A stretch of 64,000 nucleotides of DNA from Bacillota bacterium (GTDB lineage Bacteria; Bacillota_I; Bacilli_A; RFN20; CAG-826), in contig JAURFC010000001.1 of assembly GCA_030834445.1 (NCBI GenBank), positions 22,544 to 86,543 of the forward strand, in the 5' to 3' direction. Positions 30,630-39,875 of the stretch are shown piece after piece (within the stretch, counting starts at the first letter, position 1; each line of letters starts with the position of its first letter). A model generated the notes under the pieces. It was not told the origin of the DNA. It did not search any database and saw nothing but the letters and a program-made list of their open reading frames with translations. A program made the translations under genes and the position numbers.

Positions 30630-32106
30630 GTTGAATCAATTCTGACGCGATAATTCCGGATTGATAAATGGTAGGTAAACCACTTCCAGGATGCGTTCCT
30701 CCTCCGACTAAATAAAGATTGTAAAGATCTTGAAAGCGATTGTGAGGGCGGAAATAAAGCAATTGTTTCATCGAATGCGACAAGTTAAAGTTCGCCCCAT
30801 CTTGAACATGGTAGGTATCTTGCCAATCACGGGGCGTAATGACGTGTTGGACTTGAATATGCTTACGAAGGTTTTTAAGCCCGCCACGGGTTTCAAGTTC
30901 ATCAAGAATATATTCGGTGTATCGTTCTTTTTCTTTTTCCCAATCGATATTGGCGTGTAAATTAGGAACAGGAACAAGCACATACAGGGCAGAATGACCT
31001 TCAGGAGCCCAGGAAGTATCGATGGAAGAAGGATTATGGAGATAAAAACTTGGATGATGACTGAGCACCATGGTTTGCGTTAAATCTTTCACATTTTGCG
31101 CATAGTTCGGAGAAAAGACAATTGTATGTGCCGGGAGTTGATACGTTTTATCCAGACCTAAATATAGGTTAAAGGTTGAACAGGATTGAGCAAGGGATTC
31201 GAGTTTTCGGGTAGAATATCGTGGACGTTTGGCCTCAGGAATGAGTTGCATGGCCTTTTTAAAGTCCGCATTCATAATGACGGTGTCATAGGCGATGGCT
31301 TCACCGTTGATGCGGAGATGGGTGATTTTCTTGCCTTTTACGACGCATTGTTGTACTGGGGTTTTTAGATGAATCGTCACCCCTCGAGATTGGGCGAAGG
31401 TGGCTAAGGCTTCGTGAAAGGCATGAATGCCCCCTTGTAAGTGATAAATCCCATATTCATGCTCCATAAAACTGAGGATGGAAAATAAAGAAGGGCATTC
31501 CCAGGGAGACATGCCTAAGTATTTGGATTGAAAGGCCATTGAATAAATGAATTCCTCTGAATGAAAATATTTTTTTAAACGTTGATAAAGCGATTGCCCT
31601 AAATCAAGATAGGGGGCAGCGGCTAAGACATCCTTGCGTAAATAGTCCCGTAAATGCAGAAACGGTTTTTCTAAGACCGGAGTCACTTTCTTAAACCGTT
31701 GGAGTTCTTTTTTTAAATACCGTTGATAGCCAGCTTCTTCGCCAGGAAAAACCCGGTGAATTTCTTTCATCATCGCTCGATGATTTGCAGATGGACGAAA
31801 CGTTTTGTTGGGAAAACGAAGTTCATAAAGGGGATCAATCGGGGTAACAGGAACAAGATCTTCAAGTGTGGTACCGATCGTGGTTAAAATCTTATCGATA
31901 ATCGGGCGATAAATAAAAAAGGTCGGACCTAATTCAAAATGATAGGGCCCTACATCTAAACCCGAAGATCGGCCACCAACACGGTCACGCGCTTCATATA
32001 TCGTTACATCATGGCCTTTCTTGGCTAATAATAACGCACTAACGAGTCCACCAGGACCAGCGCCGATAATTGCAATCTTTTTTTTAAGGGTCAATGGGGA
32101 AGGCAT
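30619..32106 (-). CDS. CrtI/CrtN-family FAD-dependent desaturase (phytoene/diapophytoene desaturase-like)
   Basis: N-terminal Rossmann KKIAIIGAGPGGLVSALLLAKKGHDVTIYEARDRVGGRS. The C-terminal bacterial phytoene-desaturase signature is present as YLVGGGTHPGSGLPTIYQSG. The start is placed at ATG 32106. The track ORF extends to 32151. Confidence 0.8.
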   Translation of the reverse strand: MPSPLTLKKKIAIIGAGPGGLVSALLLAKKGHDVTIYEARDRVGGRSSGLDVGPYHFELGPTFFIYRPIIDKILTTIGTTLEDLVPVTPIDPLYELRFPNKTFRPSANHRAMMKEIHRVFPGEEAGYQRYLKKELQRFKKVTPVLEKPFLHLRDYLRKDVLAAAPYLDLGQSLYQRLKKYFHSEEFIYSMAFQSKYLGMSPWECPSLFSILSFMEHEYGIYHLQGGIHAFHEALATFAQSRGVTIHLKTPVQQCVVKGKKITHLRINGEAIAYDTVIMNADFKKAMQLIPEAKRPRYSTRKLESLAQSCSTFNLYLGLDKTYQLPAHTIVFSPNYAQNVKDLTQTMVLSHHPSFYLHNPSSIDTSWAPEGHSALYVLVPVPNLHANIDWEKEKERYTEYILDELETRGGLKNLRKHIQVQHVITPRDWQDTYHVQDGANFNLSHSMKQLLYFRPHNRFQDLYNLYLVGGGTHPGSGLPTIYQSGIIASELIQHEK

Positions 32107-32164
32107 GGTTCTATTATACGCAAAAACAGCATGAAGGAACGTGGGTTGCATTCTTTTTTGAATA

Positions 32165-32173
32165 TGCTATAGT
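32165..32173 (+). promoter_or_regulatory. extended -10 promoter element (TGcTATAGT) upstream of rimP
   Basis: TGnTAnAnT-type sequence. A -35 box is not evident. Confidence 0.4.
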
Positions 32174-32200
32174 ATAGAAGTCGTTTAGGTCAAACACTGA

Positions 32201-32229
32201 AGAGTGGAGCAATCCACTCTTTGTTTTTT
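32201..32229 (+). terminator. intrinsic terminator/attenuator in the rimP-nusA-infB leader
   Basis: Perfect 8-bp stem agagtgga/tccactct with a GCAA tetraloop, followed by ttgtttttt. It lies between the promoter element and the rimP RBS (aaaggag at 32231). Confidence 0.65.
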
Positions 32230-32240
32230 GAAAGGAGCCT

Positions 32241-32705
32241 ATGCCACTCATTGAAACCCTAGAACAACTCGTTAAACCGCCCATTGAAGCGGAAGGATGT
32301 CGCTTGTATGAATTGAGTCTCGTCGTGGAACGCGGAGATAAATTCCTCCGCATTCTTCTAGAAAAACCCGGAACTCGCATCGATATGGATCTCATCGTCC
32401 GATTAACAAGAGCCATCTCCAGTCTCCTCGATGCGCATCCCCTCATTAGCGAACATTACATCCTCGATATCTCGAGTGCCGGAATCGATTACCCCATCCG
32501 TATGGAACATCTTCACGATTACCTTCATACGATTGTGCAAATCTATTGTGATCCGCAGCAACAAGGCAAACCTGGCACGATAGGTGAATTGCTCGCGATT
32601 AGTGACTCCGAAATTCAACTTTCAGTAAAAACAAAAAAAGGTCGAATCGAACAAGCGATTGCAAGAAAAGAGATTACGCGTATTGAAGTCGCGCGTGAAT
32701 CATAA
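32241..32705 (+). CDS. rimP: ribosome maturation factor RimP
   Basis: 154 aa, in the position immediately 5' of nusA. RimP-like N-terminus (LVKPPIEAEGCRLYELSLVVERGDKFLRILLEKPG..DMDLIVRLTRAIS). Confidence 0.85.
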   Translation: MPLIETLEQLVKPPIEAEGCRLYELSLVVERGDKFLRILLEKPGTRIDMDLIVRLTRAISSLLDAHPLISEHYILDISSAGIDYPIRMEHLHDYLHTIVQIYCDPQQQGKPGTIGELLAISDSEIQLSVKTKKGRIEQAIARKEITRIEVARES

Positions 32706-32725
32706 AAAAGGAAGAAAGAAAAACC

Positions 32726-34435
32726 ATGTTTAAATCCTCAGAATTACTCCAACTCATTGAAGTCTTAGAATCGGAAAAAGGCATTTCCAAAGACGCCATT
32801 ATCGATGCCCTGAAAGAAGCGATTGCCAAAGCCTATCGTAAACATTTAGGGTCGATTGATGATGCCCTTGTTCGTGTCGATATCAATCCTTCGTCTGGCG
32901 TTATCGCTGTTTTTGAACAAAAGAAAGTGGTGGAAACTGTCGAAGATGATTTCCTAGAAATTTCCCTCGATGAAGTGAAAGTCAAAGGGTTATCGCTAAA
33001 GATTGATGACTTTTATGAAACCGAAGTCGATTTAGAAAGCTTTACCAAAGGAACTGCGATGATTGTTAAAGCAGTGTTCCGTCAAAAAATTGCCGAAGCC
33101 GAAAAAGCGGCGCTTTATGAACTCTTTAAAGATAAGATTGGGGAAATGATTGTCGGTCAAGTCGAAAAAGTCGATGATCGTAGTGCGATTATTAATATTG
33201 GTCGTACGGATGTGTATTTACCGGCCTCGAAACGTATCCCTGGAGAAACCTTTAAAGTCGGTGATCGCGTCAAACTCTATGTCGTCGATGTCGAATCGAC
33301 CACGAAAGGTGCACAAATTGCGGTTTCTCGTACGCATGAAGGCTTCCTGAAGCGTGTCTTTGAAGAAGAACTTCCCGAAGTCTACGAAGGGACCGTCATC
33401 ATTAAAGCGATTGCCCGTGAAGCCGGTGTTCGTTCGAAAGTCGCCGTCTACTCCCAAGATCCAAATGTGGATCCAGCCGGTGCCTGTATTGGTCAAAACG
33501 GTTCACGTATTCAAAAAATTGTCGCCCAATTAGGCAATGCCAAAGAAAAAGAAAAAATTGATATTATCGCCTACACTGAAAATCTTCCGCTTTATTTAGT
33601 GGAAGCCATGAAACCCGCTCAAATTACAGGGATCATTTTAGATGAAGCCAATCACAAAGCGATGATGGTCATTCAATCGGAAAATTTAGGCCCGGCGATT
33701 GGTCGTCGAGGTGTTAATCCGCGTTTAGCCAGTAAATTAACGGGATGGCAAATTGATGTCAAAGACCTCAATGAAGCCGTCGCTGAAGGTCTCGTCTATC
33801 AATCCGTCGATCTCCTCCGTCAAGAAGCAGAAGACAAACGTTTACGTGAACTTCAACGTGCGACCTTACCTGCTGGTTCTGCGCCTGCGCAAGCACGTCA
33901 TGTTGTTTATTCTCAACAACGGGATGACTTCACGATGGAAGATGTATTATCGCCACGTCACGATGAAGATCGCCAAGAAAAACTCATCGCTGATGGCGCT
34001 GAACTCGACGATGGGACGTCAGAAACCCGTGTGGTTAGCCCCGAAGTGTCGACCGCGGCCCCAACCCCTGTTGTTCAACCCGAAGTCACAAAACCCGTCG
34101 TGGAAGCTAAACCTGTTCCTGAAGCACCCAAAGTCACGGTGGTCCGTACGACCAAGACGTTAGAAGAGCTCGAAGCGGAACTCGAAGCGGAAAAAGCACG
34201 CAAACCGAAATTCGAAAAAGACTTCAAGAAAAAACCGTTCAAGAAACGTCCCAAAGACAACGATAAACCCGTGGAAGATATTCCAACACCCACAGGCGAT
34301 TCCCTCAACCCTGCCAACTACATGAAAATTTATGACGATGAAGACGTGGTGGAAGAACCCGTGGAAGACGTTGAAGTGGAAGAAACCGAACTAGATTTCG
34401 AGGACTTTGATGAATACTACGACGAAGAAAAATAA
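32726..34435 (+). CDS. nusA: transcription termination/antitermination factor NusA with a ~190-aa low-complexity charged C-terminal extension
   Basis: NusA N-domain, S1 and KH1-KH2 region (AREAGVRSKVAVYS...GPAIGRRGVNPRLASKLTGWQIDV), followed by a KE-rich and acidic tail. Confidence 0.9.
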   Translation: MFKSSELLQLIEVLESEKGISKDAIIDALKEAIAKAYRKHLGSIDDALVRVDINPSSGVIAVFEQKKVVETVEDDFLEISLDEVKVKGLSLKIDDFYETEVDLESFTKGTAMIVKAVFRQKIAEAEKAALYELFKDKIGEMIVGQVEKVDDRSAIINIGRTDVYLPASKRIPGETFKVGDRVKLYVVDVESTTKGAQIAVSRTHEGFLKRVFEEELPEVYEGTVIIKAIAREAGVRSKVAVYSQDPNVDPAGACIGQNGSRIQKIVAQLGNAKEKEKIDIIAYTENLPLYLVEAMKPAQITGIILDEANHKAMMVIQSENLGPAIGRRGVNPRLASKLTGWQIDVKDLNEAVAEGLVYQSVDLLRQEAEDKRLRELQRATLPAGSAPAQARHVVYSQQRDDFTMEDVLSPRHDEDRQEKLIADGAELDDGTSETRVVSPEVSTAAPTPVVQPEVTKPVVEAKPVPEAPKVTVVRTTKTLEELEAELEAEKARKPKFEKDFKKKPFKKRPKDNDKPVEDIPTPTGDSLNPANYMKIYDDEDVVEEPVEDVEVEETELDFEDFDEYYDEEK

Positions 34436-34685
34436 CGTACCTCTTCGTCGCTGTATCGTTACGGGCGAACATGGCGATAAGCGATCGTTATTACGCATCG
34501 TTCGTAAACCGGATGGCCAACTCGAGATTGACCTGCATGGCAAAATGCCAGGTCGGGGGGCGTATATACAACGTTCGATCACGATCCTTGCTCCGTTAAA
34601 AGCCTCCCGATTGATTCAAAAACATCTCGGGGTTCAACCCGATGATGCGTTTTATGAAAGGCTTGCCCGTATCTTGAATGAATAA
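34407..34685 (+). CDS. ylxR: YlxR/DUF448 RNA-binding protein
   Basis: PLRRCIVTGE motif. Position after nusA. Overlaps the nusA 3' end by 29 nt. Confidence 0.8.
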   Translation: MMNTTTKKNNVPLRRCIVTGEHGDKRSLLRIVRKPDGQLEIDLHGKMPGRGAYIQRSITILAPLKASRLIQKHLGVQPDDAFYERLARILNE

Positions 34686-34980
34686 ATCCCTTGAATCGCA
34701 ACTTCACCTCATGAAAAAAGCACGTGCCCTCGTCTCGGGGACACATGCGATTACCTCACCAGTGGTCTACATGTGGATTGCCTCGGATGCTTCCGCGTCG
34801 CGGCAAAAACAATGCATTCATTATTGTGAAAAGTACAAGATTCCTTGGGAAATTACCGGCGATAAAGCCGCATTCTCCGCGATTCTCCAACAACCTGATG
34901 TAGCCGTAATTCGACTCATCAATCCTCACTTTCTTTCTCTCATCCATGCCAATAAGGAGGACATGACGAATGAAAAATAA
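34678..34980 (+). CDS. ylxQ: L7Ae-family ribosomal-protein-like protein YlxQ
   Basis: 100 aa, lying between ylxR and infB, with an L7Ae-like pattern (KKARALVSG...). Confidence 0.7.
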   Translation: MNKSLESQLHLMKKARALVSGTHAITSPVVYMWIASDASASRQKQCIHYCEKYKIPWEITGDKAAFSAILQQPDVAVIRLINPHFLSLIHANKEDMTNEK

Positions 34981-36796
34981 TACCAATCCCAATAACCGCC
35001 AAGAAAATACCCAAGGTTCTTTGACGGCCAAAGAAACCGCCAAAGTCACCGGTGATGTTTTTATTTATACCGGGGCCATGACCTTAGGTGATCTAGCCAA
35101 CCAACTGAAAAAACCGGTGGCAGAAATCATTAAATTTCTTTTCTTAAACAAAAAGATGTTGACGATTAACTCCACCTTAGATGATGAAACCATCGGAATG
35201 ATTTGTTTACATTACGGTCTTGATTTTAAAAAAGAAAAAGCAGTTGCCGTGGAAAACATTGAAGATTACGTCATTGAAGATGATGTAACCACATTAGAAG
35301 AACGTCCTCCTGTCGTCACGATCATGGGTCACGTCGATCATGGGAAAACGACCTTAATTGATGCGATTCGTAGTTCCAACCTTGTCGCCGGAGAATTCGG
35401 CGGTATTTCCCAAGCGATTGGTGCGTACCAACGCGACTTTAATGGCAAGAAAATTACCTTTATTGACACCCCAGGACACGAAGCGTTTACCGCGATGCGA
35501 AGTCGTGGCGCCAAAGTCACCGATCTTGTCGTCCTTGTGGTCGCTGCCGATGATGGCGTCATGCCACAAACCCGTGAAGCCATTGATCATGCCAAAGCCG
35601 CCAAAGTTCCTTTAATTGTGGCGATCAACAAAATGGATAAACCGGGTGCGAATGTCCCCAAGGTTAAAGAAGCGTTAACGGCGCTCGATGTCATCCCCGA
35701 AGATTTTGGTGGCGATACGATCTTTGTCGAAATTTCTGCGTTGAAGAAAACTGGGATCGACACCTTATTAGAAAATATTTTATTAGTGTCGGAAGTGTTA
35801 GAGTTAAAAGCGAATCCGAACCGCTTTGCGTTAGGAACCGTCCTTGAAGCAGTTTTAGATAAACATGAAGGGCCGAAAGCGACTTTACTCATTGAAAACG
35901 GGACGCTCCATGGCTCCGATTATCTTGTGGTCGGTACGGTGTATGGAAAAGTACGCCGAATGACCAATGAACATGCCAAAGTCGTAAAAATAGCGACCCC
36001 TTCGACACCGGTTTCGGTCATCGGTTTAAGTGAAGTGCCGATCGCGGGTGATTCGTTTATGGCGTTCCCCACGGAAAAAGAAGCCAAAGAAATCGCCGAA
36101 AAACGTCGTTTGGCGAAAGAATCAGAATCGCGTCAACAAACCTCTAACACCATTGAAAGCTTATCGGAACGATTAGCAAGTGGCGATACCGAACACCTTT
36201 ACTTCATTATCAAAGCCGATAACACTGGAAGTGCTGAAGCGATTAAAGCGAGTTTAGAAAAACTCAATCAAGATAAGGTAAAATTAACCGTCCTCCGTTC
36301 CGAAACAGGGGCGATTACGGAAAGCGATGTTTTATTAGCATCGGCATCCAAAGCGATGATATATGGTTTTAATTTACGTCCTGCGGCCAATGTGCAACAA
36401 AAAGCCAATGAATCCGGGGTTGAAATTCGTACTCACCGCATTATTTATGCACTCATTGAAGAAGTTGAAGCGCTCATGAAGGGCAAAGTGAAAGTGGAGA
36501 CCACCGAAGAAGTGCTCGGTCAATTTGAAGTCCGTGCCTTATTTAAAATTGGGAAGGTAGGAACCATCGCCGGGGGAATGGTGACATCTGGCCTTATTCC
36601 TAACAAAGCAAACATTCGTATTTTACGGGATGGTGCCATTATTTATGAAGGTAAAATTGCGTCCTTAAAACGGAATAAAGATGAAGTTAAAGACGTCAAA
36701 ATGGGTTTTGAATGTGGGATTAATGTTGAAAACTTCAATGACATCAAAGAAAATGACATCATTGAAGCGTATCATGAGGTTGAAAAGCAATCATGA
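34970..36796 (+). CDS. infB: translation initiation factor IF-2
   Basis: GTP-binding motifs [17 protein letters not shown] and NKMD. 608 aa. Confidence 0.95.
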   Translation: MKNNTNPNNRQENTQGSLTAKETAKVTGDVFIYTGAMTLGDLANQLKKPVAEIIKFLFLNKKMLTINSTLDDETIGMICLHYGLDFKKEKAVAVENIEDYVIEDDVTTLEERPPVVTIMGHVDHGKTTLIDAIRSSNLVAGEFGGISQAIGAYQRDFNGKKITFIDTPGHEAFTAMRSRGAKVTDLVVLVVAADDGVMPQTREAIDHAKAAKVPLIVAINKMDKPGANVPKVKEALTALDVIPEDFGGDTIFVEISALKKTGIDTLLENILLVSEVLELKANPNRFALGTVLEAVLDKHEGPKATLLIENGTLHGSDYLVVGTVYGKVRRMTNEHAKVVKIATPSTPVSVIGLSEVPIAGDSFMAFPTEKEAKEIAEKRRLAKESESRQQTSNTIESLSERLASGDTEHLYFIIKADNTGSAEAIKASLEKLNQDKVKLTVLRSETGAITESDVLLASASKAMIYGFNLRPAANVQQKANESGVEIRTHRIIYALIEEVEALMKGKVKVETTEEVLGQFEVRALFKIGKVGTIAGGMVTSGLIPNKANIRILRDGAIIYEGKIASLKRNKDEVKDVKMGFECGINVENFNDIKENDIIEAYHEVEKQS

Positions 36797-37158
36797 GTCA
36801 ATATCGTTCTTCCCGCTTAGCCTCCCTCATTGTCAAACACATCACGGATATTATTCAGTTTGAATTAAAAGATCCAACCGTCGGCTTTGTCACGGTGACG
36901 TTTACGGACATGAACCATGATTTGAGTTTTTTAAAAGTGTATGTGTCCTTTATGGGGGTCAAAGATTCCCCGCAAAAACTTGAATCCTTACGACGCGCGA
37001 AAGGCTTTATTCGTTCCGCCCTCGCCAAAAAAGTGGAGATGTATAAGGTCCCTGATCTCCAGTTTTATCTCGATGATGCGTATGAACGTAGTCAACAGAT
37101 GGAACAAACCATCGCTGCTGCGAAAAAGAAATTAAATAAAGAAGAAGACCCCGATTAA
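36793..37158 (+). CDS. rbfA: ribosome-binding factor A
   Basis: 121 aa. RbfA-like (RLASLIVKHITDIIQFELKDPTVGFVTVT). Position after infB. Confidence 0.85.
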   Translation: MSQYRSSRLASLIVKHITDIIQFELKDPTVGFVTVTFTDMNHDLSFLKVYVSFMGVKDSPQKLESLRRAKGFIRSALAKKVEMYKVPDLQFYLDDAYERSQQMEQTIAAAKKKLNKEEDPD

Positions 37159-37628
37159 CGGAGGTCTTTTTTCATTTCAATGTGTTCGATCCCTGCTTCC
37201 ATAAAAGGTTTTCCGATTGCAGTGTAGCCACATTGATGATAAAAATTTTCCACATGACGTTGGGCATGCATGGTTAAGGTCACGGATTTGAAGAGGCTTA
37301 ATGCATACGTATCAAACCATTGCATAAGCGCTTTACCATAGCCTAACCCACGATACGGATTTAAGATGGCAATACGTCCGACTTTAAGGGTAGTTTCGTT
37401 AAGGCGAAGATAACGCAGGGTACCAATGGGGACATGGTCTAAAAACATAATAAAGGAAGTTGCTGTTTGATCGCTTCCATCCCATTCGATGTCGATAGGA
37501 ACGCCTTGCTCTTCGACAAAAACGGTATAGCGTAAATAACTGACGGTCATTCCATCATAGGCCGTCGTGGCCATTTTCATCCGGCAAGGGGTATTGGCAA
37601 CTTCGAATAAGTGAATGGTCGATGACAT
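37155..37628 (-). CDS. GNAT-family N-acetyltransferase
   Basis: Acetyl-CoA binding motif RGLGYGKALM. AGAGGAG RBS. Inserted antisense between rbfA and truB. Confidence 0.8.
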   Translation of the reverse strand: MSSTIHLFEVANTPCRMKMATTAYDGMTVSYLRYTVFVEEQGVPIDIEWDGSDQTATSFIMFLDHVPIGTLRYLRLNETTLKVGRIAILNPYRGLGYGKALMQWFDTYALSLFKSVTLTMHAQRHVENFYHQCGYTAIGKPFMEAGIEHIEMKKDLR

Positions 37629-37680
37629 CGTGTGAACTCCTCTTTAATGTATGGGTTTATTATGCGATAATACGAGAGCA

Positions 37681-38532
37681 ATGTTAAATGGAATGTTTTT
37701 GGTGGTCAAACCACAAGGAATTACGTCTCGCGATCTCGTCAATGGTGTCGTGCATCGCTTTCATGAAAAAAAAGTGGGTCACACAGGAACTTTAGATCCT
37801 TTTGCCGATGGGTTGATGCTCGTCACGATGGGCAAAGGAACAAAAATGGGTCCTTTTTTAGAAGCGATGGATAAAACTTATGAAGCCACATTGCAATTAG
37901 GCAGCAAAACAAACACCGGTGATTTAACGGGTGATGTCATTGAATCGAAACCCGTCATTGAACTTTATGAAGATTATATCCAGCAAACCCTGGATACATT
38001 TTTAGGGGAACAGGATCAAGTGCCTCCGATGTTCTCTGCGATTAAACATCACGGTGTCCCCCTTTATGAATTGGCACGAAAAGGAGAAGAAGTTGTCCGT
38101 GAATCCCGTCGTATTACCGTGCATTCAATAACGCTCATCCGTTATGAAAGCGCGACCTTAACGTTCCGTTGTCATGTTTCTAAAGGGACGTATGTCCGAA
38201 CCTTAGCCGAAGCCATCGCTGAAGCCTTTGGCATGGTCGGACATTTGACTTCCTTAACACGTATTTCGGTTGGTTCCTTTGAATTAAAGGATGCCAAAAC
38301 CTTGGATCAATTATCAGAAAAAGATTGTTTATCGATGACCCAATCCTTATCCCACTTACCCACTCTTAGAATCACCCGTCCTGAAAATGTAAAAGCCATT
38401 ATGGATGGAAAAATGCAAACATTTGAAATTACTGCTTCCCGGGTTTTATGCATTAACGAAAAAAATGAAGCCATCGCAATCTACGAACGAACGGATGGAT
38501 CATTATTTAAATCTCTTCGAGGCTTATTTTAA
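37681..38532 (+). CDS. truB: tRNA pseudouridine(55) synthase
   Basis: N-terminus MLNGMFLVVKPQGITSRDLV and catalytic HTGTLDPFADG. The start is placed at ATG 37681. The track ORF begins at 37651. Confidence 0.9.
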   Translation: MLNGMFLVVKPQGITSRDLVNGVVHRFHEKKVGHTGTLDPFADGLMLVTMGKGTKMGPFLEAMDKTYEATLQLGSKTNTGDLTGDVIESKPVIELYEDYIQQTLDTFLGEQDQVPPMFSAIKHHGVPLYELARKGEEVVRESRRITVHSITLIRYESATLTFRCHVSKGTYVRTLAEAIAEAFGMVGHLTSLTRISVGSFELKDAKTLDQLSEKDCLSMTQSLSHLPTLRITRPENVKAIMDGKMQTFEITASRVLCINEKNEAIAIYERTDGSLFKSLRGLF

Positions 38533-39437
38533 TGATTGTTATTGAGACCGACTTTCAACAACCCTTTCGTTATCCGACCGCATTAACAGCATGTTTAGGG
38601 TATTTTGATGGGCTTCATATTGGCCATCAAGCGCTTATTCAAACTGCAAAACGTTTAGGACAACCGATTGCGGTGGTCACCTTCGACCGGAATCCTAAAA
38701 AATCACGTTCCGACCAATTATTAACACCGTTATCGGTCAAAAAAGAACTACTTGAAACCTGGGGTGTTGATGTCCTCATCATCTTGCAGTTTAACGCGTA
38801 TGTTGAAAAATTATCCCCTCACGCTTTTTTAGATCATTTATTTACCTTTGGCATTACCTCCTTAGTCTTCGGCGAAGATTTTCGCTTTGGACACCATGCA
38901 TTAGGTGATAAAGATACGATTTTCAAAGACGCTCGATTTACTTCGCATCTTGTTTCCACTCAAACCTATGCTTCGCAAAAAATTTCTTCCTCGACGCTTT
39001 TAAGTTTACTTTCCTTAGGTCACGTTGAAACGGTTCGCCAACAATTAGGACGACCGTATCAAGTTCGCGGTTATGTCGGTCACGGCTTTAAAAAAGGGAC
39101 TGAACTTGGTTATCCTACCGCAAATGTCGTACTAGAAGAACCATTTTATTTACCTAAAAATGGAGTTTATATGACACGATTTTGGGTTGATGGGACCGCT
39201 TTTTTTTCATTAGCAAGTCTAGGATATCATCCCACTGTAGCCAATTTAAGTAAACCAAGTTTAGAAGTACATGTCCTTGATTTTCAAGGGAATCTCTATG
39301 AAAAACATGTGTATGTGGATTTTTTAGGGTATTTACGTGAGGAACAAAAGTTCGCTTCTCTTGCTGATCTCGTTCGCCAAATGGATCAGGACAAAGCGAC
39401 TGCGCTTGCCCGAAAAAAAGACGTTTTTTCAACGTAA
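38532..39437 (+). CDS. ribF: bifunctional riboflavin kinase / FMN adenylyltransferase
   Basis: 301 aa. N-terminal FAD synthetase (GYFDGLHIGH) and C-terminal riboflavin kinase (GYPTAN). Position after truB. Confidence 0.9.
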   Translation: MIVIETDFQQPFRYPTALTACLGYFDGLHIGHQALIQTAKRLGQPIAVVTFDRNPKKSRSDQLLTPLSVKKELLETWGVDVLIILQFNAYVEKLSPHAFLDHLFTFGITSLVFGEDFRFGHHALGDKDTIFKDARFTSHLVSTQTYASQKISSSTLLSLLSLGHVETVRQQLGRPYQVRGYVGHGFKKGTELGYPTANVVLEEPFYLPKNGVYMTRFWVDGTAFFSLASLGYHPTVANLSKPSLEVHVLDFQGNLYEKHVYVDFLGYLREEQKFASLADLVRQMDQDKATALARKKDVFST

Positions 39438-39440
39438 TCT

Positions 39441-39468
39441 TTGCAATTTCATTCAAGTTGTTTATAAT
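39441..39468 (+). promoter_or_regulatory. rpsO promoter (TTGCAA-N16-TATAAT)
   Basis: Consensus-like -35/-10 within the ribF 3' end / intergenic region. Confidence 0.5.
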
Positions 39469-39553
39469 AGGCAATGACTTCTTCGATGATGAACAGCGTT
39501 TCCACTCGTTCACCGCTGATGAAGCCCAAGGTTATCCAAGGAGGAAACACACA

Positions 39554-39823
39554 ATGGCATTAACCAAAGAACGAGTTGCCGAACTCGTCAAAACCTACGG
39601 CAAATCCGAATCAGACAGCGGTTCTCCACAAGTTCAAATCGCGTTATTAACAGAACAAATTCGCGAATTAACTGAACACCTTAAGTCGCACAAACACGAC
39701 TTCCACGGTCGTCGAGGCTTACTCGTCCTAGTCGGTCGTCGTTCTCGCTTACTTCAATACTTAGAAAAAAATAACCGCGACAGCTACCTTGACCTTATTA
39801 GCAAGCTCGGTTTACGTAAATAA
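39554..39823 (+). CDS. rpsO: 30S ribosomal protein S15
   Basis: 89 aa. Sequence MALTKERVAELVKTYGKSESDSGSPQVQIALLTEQI...LVLVGRRSRLLQYL. AAGGAGGA RBS. The track ORF 39458 over-extends 5'. Confidence 0.9.
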   Translation: MALTKERVAELVKTYGKSESDSGSPQVQIALLTEQIRELTEHLKSHKHDFHGRRGLLVLVGRRSRLLQYLEKNNRDSYLDLISKLGLRK

Positions 39824-39830
39824 GAAAATA

Positions 39831-39856
39831 AACCATGCCATCCGCATGGTTTTTTC
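39831..39856 (+). terminator. rpsO rho-independent terminator
   Basis: aaccatgc-catcc-gcatggtt plus tttttc. Confidence 0.75.
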
Positions 39857-39875
39857 TTTATAAAGGAGATTCCCC

